Source of the DNA: Candidatus Aenigmatarchaeota archaeon
Lineage (GTDB): Archaea > Aenigmatarchaeota > Aenigmatarchaeia > Aenigmatarchaeales > Aenigmatarchaeaceae
Direction of reading: 5' to 3'
Assembly (NCBI GenBank): GCA_043802485.1
Contig: JAZDKZ010000007.1
Coordinates: forward strand, 50,457 to 114,456
DNA length: 64,000 bases
The position numbers and the translations under genes were made by a program. Shown here piece by piece: positions 18,333 to 27,502 of this stretch (within the stretch, counting starts at the first letter, position 1; the number at the start of each line of letters is the position of its first letter). The notes beneath the pieces were generated by a model. That model was not told the origin of the DNA and made no database searches. It worked only from the letters and a program-made list of their open reading frames with translations.

Positions 18333-18895
18333 TCAACGACAGGATAGACATAGTTGGTGAAGCACAATGCTACCAGAGCAGTGCCGAATTTTTTCTCCGG
18401 CACAAAGCTTCTTGATATCACTTTGATGTCCCTCAAATCATACTTGTCGTCAAAGCCGTTGGTATAGAGCTCTTTCAGGCTTGCCCTTAGACTTTGCACA
18501 GCAAAGTCTTCAGTGTCATGCCCGTTGTATTCACATACAAGACCGCCGTACTTTTCACCAGTCGTCCTGTCATACAGCCAGCCGAAGATGATTCCCACTG
18601 TAGCTGTCTGGCCCTTTTCTGCGTTGGCGCAGGCCATTATCGTCTCCATCACAGAGCCGTGCACGAAATCAGCTGGTCTGGGCACCTCTTGGGCGATGGC
18701 AGGAAGTATGGAAGAATAGGTCATTATGTTGAAGCTCTCTATGCCAGCATCCTTCAAGGCAAGATGATAAGAGCCTGCATGGACAGTTATGTCGCTCTGG
18801 CCGACGCCAGTTGTTATGAAAAAGTCCTTTGGAACTCTGTTGCCTATCTTTATCTGCTTTACAGCGAGCTGGCTTTGGAGGAAGTTTTTTATCAT
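18329..18895 (-). CDS. pdaD: Pyruvoyl-dependent arginine decarboxylase
   Basis: FFITTGVGQSDITVHAGSYHLALKDAGIESFNIMTYSS|ILP matches the PdaD family, including the Ser-Ser self-cleavage site; 188 aa. Confidence 0.75.
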   Translation of the reverse strand: MIKNFLQSQLAVKQIKIGNRVPKDFFITTGVGQSDITVHAGSYHLALKDAGIESFNIMTYSSILPAIAQEVPRPADFVHGSVMETIMACANAEKGQTATVGIIFGWLYDRTTGEKYGGLVCEYNGHDTEDFAVQSLRASLKELYTNGFDDKYDLRDIKVISRSFVPEKKFGTALVALCFTNYVYPVVD

Positions 18896-19020
18896 ATTAT
18901 CACACGATTGTCTTAGAAAAAGTATCTATGAAAACAATTCTGCTATTTTTAATTTGGTACTCCGCTTTTAATTTTTATTAAAATAGATAATCTGCCCAAG
19001 TTTATAAAAATATCACTGAG

Positions 19021-19123
19021 TGGACCGGAGGGGACTCGAACCCCTAACCTCTTATGGCCCTGAAGGGTTTCCATTTTGGTTTAGATTGCCAAGGAAGCGA
19101 TCTTCCAGTTGATCTACCGGCCC
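19021..19123 (-). tRNA. tRNA-Ala(GGC) with two putative introns (about 13 nt at 19073..19085 after the anticodon loop; about 17 nt at 19052..19068 inside the 3' strand of the anticodon stem)
   Basis: Reverse complement: GGGCCGG-TA-GATC-AACTGGAA-GATC-G-CTTCC-TTGGCAA-[TCTAAACCAAAAT]-GGAA-[ACCCTTCAGGGCCATAA]-G-AGGTT-AGGGG-TTCGAGT-CCCCT-CCGGTCC-A. G3:U70 Ala identity pair is present. The spliced product is nearly identical to Methanocaldococcus-type tRNA-Ala (GUAGAUCA..GAUCGCUUCCUU.GCAAGGAAGAGG). Confidence 0.55.
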
Positions 19124-19162
19124 TGTTATTTAGAATAAAACTTTCCTAAATTTATAAATGAG

Positions 19163-19272
19163 TGGGCCGGGCAGGACTCGAACCTGCGATATTCACCGTG
19201 TAAGGGTGACGTATGCCATTGTTCCAAGGGCTCAACCCTAAGAAACAATCATAGCCGCTAGACCACCGGCCC
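19163..19272 (-). tRNA. tRNA-Val(UAC) with a 37-nt non-canonical intron between D-arm and anticodon stem (about 19210..19246)
   Basis: Reverse complement: GGGCCGG-TG-GTCT-AGCGGCTA-TGAT-T-[GTTTCTTAGGGTTGAGCCCTTGGAACAATGGCATACG]-TCACC-CTTACAC-GGTGA-ATATC-GCAGG-TTCGAGT-CCTGC-CCGGCCC-A. D-arm is almost identical to tRNA-Val(GAC) at 6109. Textbook anticodon stem-loop with anticodon TAC. Mature length 73. Confidence 0.5.
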
Positions 19273-19390
19273 TTGCTTATTTAATTAATTCAAATCAATT
19301 TAAAAGTTTACTGTAGGGCTTAAAGAAAAGAAATACTAGCCGGAAATTTAAATCCTTTTAACTTATACAAAAAGAAAGAAAAAAGTGGAT

Positions 19391-19530
19391 GTGGGCGAGG
19401 GGAGATTCGAATTCGGTAGCTCTCATCCACAAGAGCTTCTCCCGACCTCCAGTTTCTACAGAACACAGCCAACAAAAAGGACTGACGTCCTCTTATAAGA
19501 CTGGCGCTCTGCCAGGCTAAGCTACCCGCC
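19391..19530 (-). tRNA. tRNA-Ile(UAU) with two introns (39 nt canonical at about 19454..19492; 27 nt between T-stem and T-loop at about 19411..19437)
   Basis: Reverse complement: GGGCGGG-TA-GCTT-AGCCTGGCA-GAGC-G-CCAGT-CTTATA-[39 nt]-A-ACTGG-AGGTC-GGGAG-[AAGCTCTTGTGGATGAGAGCTACCGAA]-TTCGAAT-CTCCC-CTCGCCC-A. Anticodon loop CTTATAA fits the CTNNNAA pattern. Mature length 74. Confidence 0.5.
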
Positions 19531-19557
19531 CGTTAAGGATTTATTTTGTCTTCAGCA

Positions 19558-19565
19558 ATTTAAAA
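19558..19565 (-). promoter_or_regulatory. Putative TATA box (TTTTTAAA on the minus strand) about 30 nt upstream of tRNA-Ile, in the divergent region shared with the HTH regulator gene
   Basis: Minus-strand sequence ...catatttttaaattgctgaagacaaaataaatccttaac|GGGCGGG; the TATA-like element is centred near -30. Confidence 0.3.
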
Positions 19566-19567
19566 AT

Positions 19568-20461
19568 ATGTTTAATGTAAGGCAACAAGTCAAAATGTTC
19601 CTTGAAAAGAGCGACTATGTGATTTGTGAGTACAGGGGATGCTTTGACATAGCCGCGCAGAAAAACGTATTATTGTTGCTGAAAATTCTATTGAACGTGG
19701 ACTCGTTCCAGCAGGAGCAGGCCAGAAACCTGAAGATAATCTCGAACAATCTTGACGCGCATCCCATGCTGATAGGGGTTCAGACAACCAGGGAGAAGCT
19801 AAAGCATGGCATAGTGTACGAAAGGTATGACTTGCCGACATTATCATTAAAGACGTTCGAGGACTTGATATGCAGTTCAATCTATCCAAGAATATACAGG
19901 GACCGCGGAGGCCTGTATGTTGAGATAGATTCTGACGTGCTAAAGGACTCCAGAAAAAGGAAAGGTTTGACACAAAGAGAATTGGCAGAGGCTGTAGGCA
20001 TAAACAAAAAAGCGATATATGAGCACGAGAAGAAGCAGCTGAGGATGATGCTTGACATTGCCGAGAAGCTGGAAAGGATACTCGACAACAGGATTATAAC
20101 AAAGACCGAGGTCTTCAAGAAATATGAGGAACACGGCAAGCCTGAAGGCACCTTGGAGAAAATGGTTGGCAATAATCTGGAAAAACTGGGCTTCAAGACA
20201 GACTATGTCAAGCAGGCGCCGTTCGATGTCTTTGCCAGAGAAAGGGCGCTGGTCATATCCAACATCGAGATCAACAAAAGGAAGATGATAAAGAACGCCG
20301 CAGACCTCAGGGACTTTATCAAGGTGGTGAAAAAACCTGCTGTTATGATAACCGACAAGACTGAAGAAGAGGAGATACACGGAATCCCTGTTATCGACAA
20401 AGCAGAACTGGAAAGCATGGAAAAGAAAGACCTGATAAAGAAGGCGAAAAAAGCGATTTAA
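19568..20461 (+). CDS. Archaeal HTH (XRE-type) transcriptional regulator, about 300-aa conserved family
   Basis: Central HTH LTQRELAEAVGINKKAIYEHEKK (XRE/Cro-like). Domain layout matches the conserved euryarchaeal putative HTH-type regulator family. Confidence 0.55.
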   Translation: MFNVRQQVKMFLEKSDYVICEYRGCFDIAAQKNVLLLLKILLNVDSFQQEQARNLKIISNNLDAHPMLIGVQTTREKLKHGIVYERYDLPTLSLKTFEDLICSSIYPRIYRDRGGLYVEIDSDVLKDSRKRKGLTQRELAEAVGINKKAIYEHEKKQLRMMLDIAEKLERILDNRIITKTEVFKKYEEHGKPEGTLEKMVGNNLEKLGFKTDYVKQAPFDVFARERALVISNIEINKRKMIKNAADLRDFIKVVKKPAVMITDKTEEEEIHGIPVIDKAELESMEKKDLIKKAKKAI

Positions 20462-20491
20462 TAGTATAGAAGACCAATTATTATTGATTCT

Positions 20492-20719
20492 ATGGTAGTA
20501 GAATGGATAAAAAACCTTACAATAACCTTTGTGACCACTGTTCTCGTAATCGCGCTGAGCATAGTCTACTTTGGCTTGTTGTTATGGGTAGTGAAAATAG
20601 CAAGCGAGGCGTTTTTCGGACCAGGCTTGGATGCCAACTGGGCAGTTTTTGCAGCTGCAATAATGTCAGCAGCCACTGTCATAGCAGGCGCCTTGGAAAA
20701 GAAGCCTTCTAAGAAATAG
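20492..20719 (+). CDS. Small two-TM membrane protein (75 aa)
   Basis: Two hydrophobic helices; no motif. Confidence 0.3.
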   Translation: MVVEWIKNLTITFVTTVLVIALSIVYFGLLLWVVKIASEAFFGPGLDANWAVFAAAIMSAATVIAGALEKKPSKK

Positions 20720-20759
20720 GCTTTCCTTTTTTTTAATTTTATTAACTACATAATGGATA

Positions 20760-21590
20760 ATGATTATTATGGCTCTGTCTGAAATCCTAACACCAATAAA
20801 CATGTTGGAATCTGTGTTAGTGATAGTTTCAGCATACTTGATAGTCAAATTCTTTGAGAAAAACCTCATCAACCCCATGGCAAAAAGGGGAGAGAAGAGA
20901 AGCGTCGTAATACCGCTGAAGAGGGTAATATCGATAATAGTATACCTGATAGCGTTTGTCCTGATTCTGATAATTTTCAATATTGACGTCACTGCTGCTT
21001 TAACAGGTTTGGGTGTGGGGGCCATAATCTTAGGCTTCGGCCTGCAGGACATAGTCTCCAACTGGGTCTCTGGAATAATAATAACAGCAGAGAGGATATA
21101 CAAGATAGACGACGTCATCAAAATCGGCGACATCACAGGCACTGTCAGGGACATAAGCCTCAGGTCGACCAAATTGACCACCTATGACAAGAACGACGTG
21201 ATAATACCCAACTCCCAGATAATAAAGGAGAAGGTGGTGAACCTCACCGGAGGCAGCAGCGAGTCTGTTTCTTCCATAACGTTCATGATAGACTACACAT
21301 CTGACACGGACAAGGCAAAGAAGGTCATGGAAAAGGCCCTGAGAAAGGACGAAAACGTCGTTTTCGATGAGAAAAGAAAGAGGGAAATAAGGTTCATAGT
21401 GAGGAGCAAGGAGTGGACAACAGAAGTAGAGGCGCTTTTCTGGATAAACGTGCCAAGAAGCGAGGAGTTCATAAAATCAAGGCTGACGCAGGCAATCAAA
21501 AAGGAGTTCGAAAGGGAGAACATAATACCTACAATACCGGCTTTCTTGAGAAAGGGCTACATACACGCCAGGAAAAGGCCCAAAAGATAG
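20760..21590 (+). CDS. mscS: Small-conductance mechanosensitive channel (MscS family)
   Basis: Three N-terminal TM helices, then LTGLGVGAIILGFGLQDIVSNWVSGIIITAERIYKIDDVIKIGDITGTVRDISLRSTKLTTYDKNDVIIPNSQI, which matches the MscS pore-helix plus beta-domain signature. Confidence 0.75.
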   Translation: MIIMALSEILTPINMLESVLVIVSAYLIVKFFEKNLINPMAKRGEKRSVVIPLKRVISIIVYLIAFVLILIIFNIDVTAALTGLGVGAIILGFGLQDIVSNWVSGIIITAERIYKIDDVIKIGDITGTVRDISLRSTKLTTYDKNDVIIPNSQIIKEKVVNLTGGSSESVSSITFMIDYTSDTDKAKKVMEKALRKDENVVFDEKRKREIRFIVRSKEWTTEVEALFWINVPRSEEFIKSRLTQAIKKEFERENIIPTIPAFLRKGYIHARKRPKR

Positions 21591-21633
21591 CATTAAAGGG
21601 GGTTATAGACGTACTAATTCTTAAGGTGTTTAA

Positions 21634-21918
21634 TTGGGAATGATAAAAGAATTCATGGATTTCGTGAAAAAACAAAACATCGTATCAGTTGCGCTGGGTT
21701 TAATAATCGGTTTTGCAGCCAAGACATTGATAGACGCTTTGGTAGCAGACATTATAAGTCCTTTATACACGCCGTATATGGGATTAGACGCTGAAGCGGC
21801 GGTAACAGTGGGCTTGTCAACGTTCAAGATAGGCCATTTCATAGAAGCATTGGTCAGTTTTCTAGTGATTATGTTGGTAGCATTCTTAGTCGCAAAGAGT
21901 ATGAAGAATAAGTTATAA
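21634..21918 (+). CDS. mscL: Large-conductance mechanosensitive channel MscL (short, 94 aa)
   Basis: MIKEFMDFVKKQNIVSVALGLIIGFAAKTLIDALVADIISP parallels the E. coli MscL N-terminus ([37 protein letters not shown]). Confidence 0.7.
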   Translation: MGMIKEFMDFVKKQNIVSVALGLIIGFAAKTLIDALVADIISPLYTPYMGLDAEAAVTVGLSTFKIGHFIEALVSFLVIMLVAFLVAKSMKNKL

Positions 21919-22017
21919 ACGCGCATACTCTTTTTTTCTTTATTTTAATTAGCTTTAAATAATTTAGAGATATACTTACATACACATATTTTTGTAATAA
22001 AAACGAGGTGGTAAAAA

Positions 22018-23670
22018 ATGAGTAACGGACAAATGCAAATGGGAGGACAGCCTATTCTGGTTTTGCCTGAGGGCACATTTAGAACATTGGGCAAGGGAGC
22101 CCAATACACTAACATATCAGCGGCAAAGGCAGTGGCAGACGCTGTTAGGACAACCCTGGGTCCAAAAGGCATGGACAAGATGCTTGTGGACAACATGGGA
22201 GACATTGTAATAACGAACGATGGAGTCACAATTCTTGAGGAAATGCAGCTAGAGCATCCAGCAGCTAAGATGCTTGTGGAAGTCGCCAAGACGCAGAACG
22301 AAGAAGTGGGCGACGGAACGACTACAGCAGCTGTTTTAGCAGGCGAGTTGCTGAAAAGGGCAGAAGAACTCTTGGAACAGAACATACACCCGACTGTCAT
22401 AACAAAGGGTTACAAGCTGGCAAGGGAAAAGGCACTGGTAATTCTTGAAAAAATTTCAGAAAAGGTCACTACAGATGATATCGACGTTCTCAAAAAGATA
22501 GCAATAACATCAATGACAGGCAAGAGCTCTGAAAGGGCCTCAGATCAATTGGCAAAGCTGATAGTAGACGCAGTCAGAACTGTCATGGAAACAGTGGATA
22601 ATAAAATAGAGATAAACAAGGATAATATCAAGCTGGAAAAGAAGGGGGGTGGCTCATCCGAAGATACAGAACTGATCAGAGGCGTCATAATAGACAAAGA
22701 AGTCGTGCACCCAGGAATGCCAAAACGTGTCAAGTATGCAAAAATCGCTCTGATGGACGCGTCGCTTGAGATAGAGAAGACGGAGACAGACGCGCAGATA
22801 CAGATAACATCGCCCAACCAGCTGCAGGATTTTCTTGACCAGGAAGAGAATATACTAAAGAATATGGTAGAGAAGGTAGTATCGTCTGACTGCAACGTTT
22901 TGTTCTGCCAGAAAGGCATAGACGACGTTGCGCAGCACTTCCTTGCAAAAAAGGGCATACTGACAGCAAGAAGGGTGAAAAAGTCCGACATGGAAAAGCT
23001 TGCAAGAGCGACAGGCGCAAAGATAGTGTCAAACATCTCTGACCTTTCTGTCAACGACCTTGGCAACGCAGGCCTTGTGGAAGAGAGGAAGATTGCAGGC
23101 GAGCAGATGATTTTCGTCAGAGAGTGTAAGAATCCAAAGTCTGTTTCAATCCTGATAAGAGGCGGCACAGAACATGTCGTTGACGAGGTGGAAAGGGCAA
23201 TGGAGGACGCGCTCGGAGCTGTGGTTTCTGCTTTGGAAGTCGGCAAGGTTGTGGCAGGCGGAGGCGCTCCAGAAGAGGCAGTCGCAAAAGGCCTGAAAGA
23301 GTTTGCTCAGAGCTTCTCTGGAAGGGAGCAGTTGGCTATACTGGCCTTTGCAGACGCGATGGAGATAATACCAAGGACCCTGGCAGAGAACGCAGGCCTT
23401 GACCCGATAGACATTCTGGTCGAACTGAGGTCTGCCCATGAGAAAGGCAAGACCACGGCCGGAGTCAACGTGTACACCGGCAAGATTGTCGACATGAAGG
23501 AGCTCGGTGTCATCGAGCCTTTGAAGATAAAGACGCAGGCGATAAAGTCTGCGGCAGAAGCAGCTGAGATGATCCTTAGAATCGACGACATAATCTCTGC
23601 AGGCAAGCTTGACAAGGGCGGAATGCCGTCAATGCCTCCAGGCATGCCTGGAATGGGCGGAGGATACTAG
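22018..23670 (+). CDS. ths: Thermosome (group II chaperonin) subunit
   Basis: [18 protein letters not shown]-terminus, [10 protein letters not shown]-binding motif, C-terminal GGMP/GMGG tail. Strong SD GAGGTGGT at -12. Confidence 0.9.
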   Translation: MSNGQMQMGGQPILVLPEGTFRTLGKGAQYTNISAAKAVADAVRTTLGPKGMDKMLVDNMGDIVITNDGVTILEEMQLEHPAAKMLVEVAKTQNEEVGDGTTTAAVLAGELLKRAEELLEQNIHPTVITKGYKLAREKALVILEKISEKVTTDDIDVLKKIAITSMTGKSSERASDQLAKLIVDAVRTVMETVDNKIEINKDNIKLEKKGGGSSEDTELIRGVIIDKEVVHPGMPKRVKYAKIALMDASLEIEKTETDAQIQITSPNQLQDFLDQEENILKNMVEKVVSSDCNVLFCQKGIDDVAQHFLAKKGILTARRVKKSDMEKLARATGAKIVSNISDLSVNDLGNAGLVEERKIAGEQMIFVRECKNPKSVSILIRGGTEHVVDEVERAMEDALGAVVSALEVGKVVAGGGAPEEAVAKGLKEFAQSFSGREQLAILAFADAMEIIPRTLAENAGLDPIDILVELRSAHEKGKTTAGVNVYTGKIVDMKELGVIEPLKIKTQAIKSAAEAAEMILRIDDIISAGKLDKGGMPSMPPGMPGMGGGY

Positions 23671-23732
23671 TCCCCCGTTTCTTTTCATTTTTTTCTTAAA
23701 CATTTATATATCGGTTCATTAAAACTATCTTT

Positions 23733-24227
23733 ATGCCAGACGAACGTTCTGACGAATCTTACGAAATCATACCAGTCACTCCATTGAAGAGGATGGAGAA
23801 GAGATTGGATGCGATTGAGAGTTCTAGCGCTGTTCCGCAGCTGCAATCGCTGATTAACCAGATAATAGAGCTCATAAGGAGCAACCAGAAGATTGTTAAC
23901 GATGTTATTCAAGCAAACGTCGAATTAAGGAACGCACTTTCCAAGATGCCTTCAAAGATTGACGAGATGACAAGCACGATGAAAAGCTTCATCTCTTTGA
24001 TAGAGACTGCTGGCAAGGAAGAGATGTCGACTCCAGGCCCTGAGCTGATGAGGCCTGTGACAGATGAACTAAAGAAGATGGTTGACCAGAACCAGAAGAT
24101 ACTTGAGACCAACCAGTCCATGATAGACAAGCTAGATATTCTGGGCAGAAAGGCGAGGAGAGGAACGCCTGTCTCAGAGTTGCTGTCGTCCTACCCGAGC
24201 GTCAGGATGAAAAGGGACAGACAATGA
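23733..24227 (+). CDS. Coiled-coil hypothetical protein, first gene of the pilus locus
   Basis: 164 aa, heptad-rich, no TM. Confidence 0.4.
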   Translation: MPDERSDESYEIIPVTPLKRMEKRLDAIESSSAVPQLQSLINQIIELIRSNQKIVNDVIQANVELRNALSKMPSKIDEMTSTMKSFISLIETAGKEEMSTPGPELMRPVTDELKKMVDQNQKILETNQSMIDKLDILGRKARRGTPVSELLSSYPSVRMKRDRQ

Positions 24228-24311
24228 CAGTCTAATGATAACAGAAGAATTATATACTGGAAATACCAAACACATTTATATAAGGAAGTCGAAGAATAAA
24301 GAGGTGAAAAA

Positions 24312-24719
24312 ATGAAGGGAGTAAGCGCAGTAATTGCAGTTATTTTGATTTTAATGATAGTTGTTGCTATGGCTGCATTGGCTTATACCTGGTTCACATC
24401 AATGACTACAGACCTCATGACAAGCACGGGCCAGAGCATAAATAAAACAACAACACAGATGGCAAAGGGCTTTTCCATATCATCTGCTGGCTGCAACGCC
24501 GGTGCTCTGCAGTTTGCCATAGTAAACACTGGTACAGGTGTGTTGCAGGCTGATCAGGTCGAAGCGTCTTTGGACGGCTTGGATGCTAGCACAAGCAACC
24601 CAGGCGGAACAATACCAGAAGGTGGTTCCCAGGTTTACACGGGCGGTTCTTGTGTCGGCGGTGAGACTCTGAGAGTAGTCATAGAATCTGGTTTAGCAAT
24701 GACAAAAACTGTAGAGTAA
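24312..24719 (+). CDS. Archaeal type IV pilin-like protein (class III signal peptide)
   Basis: MKG|VSAVIAVILILMIVVAMAALAY: short basic leader, G at -1, about 20-aa hydrophobic stretch (prepilin peptidase PibD/FlaK-type site). SD GAGGTG upstream. Confidence 0.6.
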   Translation: MKGVSAVIAVILILMIVVAMAALAYTWFTSMTTDLMTSTGQSINKTTTQMAKGFSISSAGCNAGALQFAIVNTGTGVLQADQVEASLDGLDASTSNPGGTIPEGGSQVYTGGSCVGGETLRVVIESGLAMTKTVE

Positions 24720-24802
24720 ATGACCTAGCAACAAGAGACTAGACTTTTTTTATTATTTTTATAATTTTATTTCTTTTTTATTCAATCTATATATTCTGGG
24801 GA

Positions 24803-25318
24803 ATGAATTTATCTATAATGAAGGGCCAGGCAGAGGTAATAGTCTTCATTCTTCTGTTTCTAATAGGCATAAGCCTTTTCGCGTCAGCTACAATATGGGG
24901 CAGGAAGATTTTCGAGGATAACATGGACTTCACAAAGCTGGAGGCCGCTGAAAAGATTATGATTGACATTGACAATGGAGTGTCCAACGTAATAAAGTTC
25001 GGAGGCATTAAGGAAATAGCGTATCCTCTAGACGGGACCGTAGAGATAGTAGACACTAAAACCATAGAAATCAGGACGCCACTGAAAATAGAAATACAGG
25101 AAGAATGGATAAACATCTCTGAAGGGAATTCCTATATCAGGGAAAAGAAGGACGGCGACGACCTTGTTCTACAACTAATCTATCCTGACGGCGACTACAT
25201 AGTAGAATTCTTCACTGACGGTTCAAGCCTTGACAGTCCCAACTACATAAAGCTGGAAAAGAACGAGACGTTCACCAATCCGACGTCTAGGATTAAAATA
25301 AAAATAACCTTTATGTAA
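24803..25318 (+). CDS. Pilin-like protein (class III signal)
   Basis: MNLSIMKG|QAEVIVFILLFLIGISLFA. Confidence 0.5.
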   Translation: MNLSIMKGQAEVIVFILLFLIGISLFASATIWGRKIFEDNMDFTKLEAAEKIMIDIDNGVSNVIKFGGIKEIAYPLDGTVEIVDTKTIEIRTPLKIEIQEEWINISEGNSYIREKKDGDDLVLQLIYPDGDYIVEFFTDGSSLDSPNYIKLEKNETFTNPTSRIKIKITFM

Positions 25319-25327
25319 TTATCTCTT

Positions 25328-25750
25328 ATGAAAGGTCAGTATCTGACGCTAGAGTACGTCATATTCTTCGTTATCGGCTTAATACTAATCGTCTCAGTCT
25401 ATCACATATTCTCTGACCTTAATCTAGAATACGAGAAGCATACCACAGAGTACCAGCTCAGAATGACAGGCCATATGATAATGGGGACGGTAATAAGGGT
25501 GTTTGAGACATCGGAGCACACCAACACCAAGATAAGCTACGACCTGAAGATACCTGAAAGGCTTTCAAACTGCATATATTCCGTGACCCTTGCCGGCGGT
25601 CGTCTGAGACTTGACTGCGTAGAAGGCATAGACCTCGGGGTTGATTTAACATCGTACAACTTTAATATTGAAATAAAAAATAATATAATATACAGCAGCA
25701 ATGGCTTGATTCATGTAGCTGCTGAAAACGGAGAGATTGATTTAGAATGA
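25328..25750 (+). CDS. Pilin-like protein (class III signal)
   Basis: MKG|QYLTLEYVIFFVIGLILIV. Confidence 0.5.
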   Translation: MKGQYLTLEYVIFFVIGLILIVSVYHIFSDLNLEYEKHTTEYQLRMTGHMIMGTVIRVFETSEHTNTKISYDLKIPERLSNCIYSVTLAGGRLRLDCVEGIDLGVDLTSYNFNIEIKNNIIYSSNGLIHVAAENGEIDLE

Positions 25751-27498
25751 GTGTCAAACTTAGAAGGCCTGTGAAGAGAGTAAACCTTTACAAAGTCTTC
25801 ACAAAAGCTGTCATCGGCTACAAGGAATTGGAAAGTCAGAGAAGAAATGAAAGGTCTGGAATTCCCCAAGGTTACATTCCCTACCCATTTCCGGCACCGA
25901 GCCTCAAAGTAGAGAAAATGGAAGTGGAAAAGCTTGAAGAAAAGGAAAAGAAATCCTCTATACTAGAAATGGGGTCCACTATAAGGATGAGGGAACCTGA
26001 AATGGACCTAAAGTCTATAAACATCGTTTACACTCTGATACCTTCAAACGACAAGACGCCGTTCGCAAGCGCCAACATAAAGTGGAGCAGAAGGGAATCA
26101 GGCCTTGTATATTATCTCATCGAGCCTGTTCTTTCCGACGAAGAGAAGAAGCTGCTAAACAACATAAAACTGGCATTGGTAGAGAAGCTTGACGTGGACT
26201 TTAAGACCCTGAGAAAGGATGATGCAAAGTCCTTCCTGGCGAAAAAGTTTGAGGACACGATAAACCTTATGGCAGCTGAGCTGCCATATCAAAAGAGACA
26301 GGCTCTTTTCTATTATGTGCAGAGGGATTTTGTCGGGATGGACAAGATAGAGCCGATGATGCAGGACCCGAACATAGAGGACATATCATGCGACGGTGTC
26401 GGCATACCTATTTACATATTCCACAGGAACCCGCTGATAGGAAGCATAAGGACGAACGTGGTCTTTGAGGACTGGGATGAACTGGACACGTTCGTGAGCA
26501 AGATGGCGCAAAGATGCGGCAAAAACATTTCGATCGCAACCCCCATGATAGGAGGCAGCCTGCCAGACGGTTCTAGAGTTCAAGCCACGCTTGGAACAGA
26601 CATAGCAAGAAGGGGAAGCAACTTTACGATAAGGAAGTTCACAAAGAAGCCCCTGACACCAGTCAACCTGATAAATTTCAAGTCAATGGACCCCAAAATC
26701 GCGGCCTACCTCTGGTTGGCGATAGAATATGGAAGGTCTGTTCTTGTAAGCGGCGGAGTGGCAACAGGAAAGACAACCATACTCAACGCCATGTCCTTGT
26801 TCATAAAACCTGAATTGAAGATAGTGTCGATAGAAGACACTGCGGAACTTGTACTGCCGCACCCTCACTGGGTGCCTGGCGTTGCAAGAACAGCGATAAC
26901 AGAGGTTGCAGGCAAGAAAATCGGAGAAGTGGACCTGTTCGACCTGCTGCGAGAGTCGATGAGGCAGAGACCAGACTACCTCATAGTAGGAGAAGTCAGA
27001 GGAAGGGAAGCATACGTATTGTTCCAGCAGATAGCAACAGGCCACCCAAGCATGTCCACCATACACGCGGACTCCATGGAAAGGCTGGTAGACAGGCTGA
27101 CAACGCCGCCAATCAACCTTCCGGCTTCTCTGATAGAAACATTGGACATAGTAGTGTTCATTGTTAAGATGAAATACGGCCAGACCTATGTAAGAAGGAT
27201 AAAGAGCATATACGAGGTTCTAGGCTTTGACAGGGAGAAGAACGTACCCTTAGTAAACGAGGTCTATAGTTGGGACCCTCTCAGCGACACGTACAAAAAA
27301 GTCAACAAATCAAACGTGATAGAGAAAATAAGCCTGCAGTTCGGCATAGCAAAGAGCTCCCTTGATATGGAGATAGCGAACAGGACCAAGATAATGCAGT
27401 GGATGGTCGAGAACAAGGTGGATGACTACATAGATGTGGCAAAGATAATCAAGCTCTACTACACGAGAAAGCAGGACCTACTAGACGAGATCGGATGA
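25747..27498 (+). CDS. Type II/IV secretion-family ATPase (FlaI/TadA/CpaF-like) for archaeal type IV pilus assembly
   Basis: Walker A VSGGVATGKTT, Walker B/Asp box DYLIVGEVRGREA, His box ATGHPSMSTIHADS; 583 aa. Overlaps upstream and downstream genes by 4 nt. Confidence 0.85.
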   Translation: MSVKLRRPVKRVNLYKVFTKAVIGYKELESQRRNERSGIPQGYIPYPFPAPSLKVEKMEVEKLEEKEKKSSILEMGSTIRMREPEMDLKSINIVYTLIPSNDKTPFASANIKWSRRESGLVYYLIEPVLSDEEKKLLNNIKLALVEKLDVDFKTLRKDDAKSFLAKKFEDTINLMAAELPYQKRQALFYYVQRDFVGMDKIEPMMQDPNIEDISCDGVGIPIYIFHRNPLIGSIRTNVVFEDWDELDTFVSKMAQRCGKNISIATPMIGGSLPDGSRVQATLGTDIARRGSNFTIRKFTKKPLTPVNLINFKSMDPKIAAYLWLAIEYGRSVLVSGGVATGKTTILNAMSLFIKPELKIVSIEDTAELVLPHPHWVPGVARTAITEVAGKKIGEVDLFDLLRESMRQRPDYLIVGEVRGREAYVLFQQIATGHPSMSTIHADSMERLVDRLTTPPINLPASLIETLDIVVFIVKMKYGQTYVRRIKSIYEVLGFDREKNVPLVNEVYSWDPLSDTYKKVNKSNVIEKISLQFGIAKSSLDMEIANRTKIMQWMVENKVDDYIDVAKIIKLYYTRKQDLLDEIG

Positions 27499-27502
27499 TA
27501 AG

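Noticed and set aside
19174-19215. Alternative fold of the Val(UAC) region using stem GTTTC/GGAAC as the anticodon stem
   Set aside because: It leaves only 16 nt for loop plus intron and no sensible anticodon. The downstream TCACC-CTTACAC-GGTGA hairpin followed by a 5-nt variable loop and T-arm is a far better anticodon arm. The GTTTC/GGAAC pairing is more likely intron-internal structure.
22545-23439. Several 100-230 aa antisense ORFs inside the thermosome gene
   Set aside because: Ser/Ala/Thr-rich antisense translations of a highly conserved chaperonin gene, so spurious.
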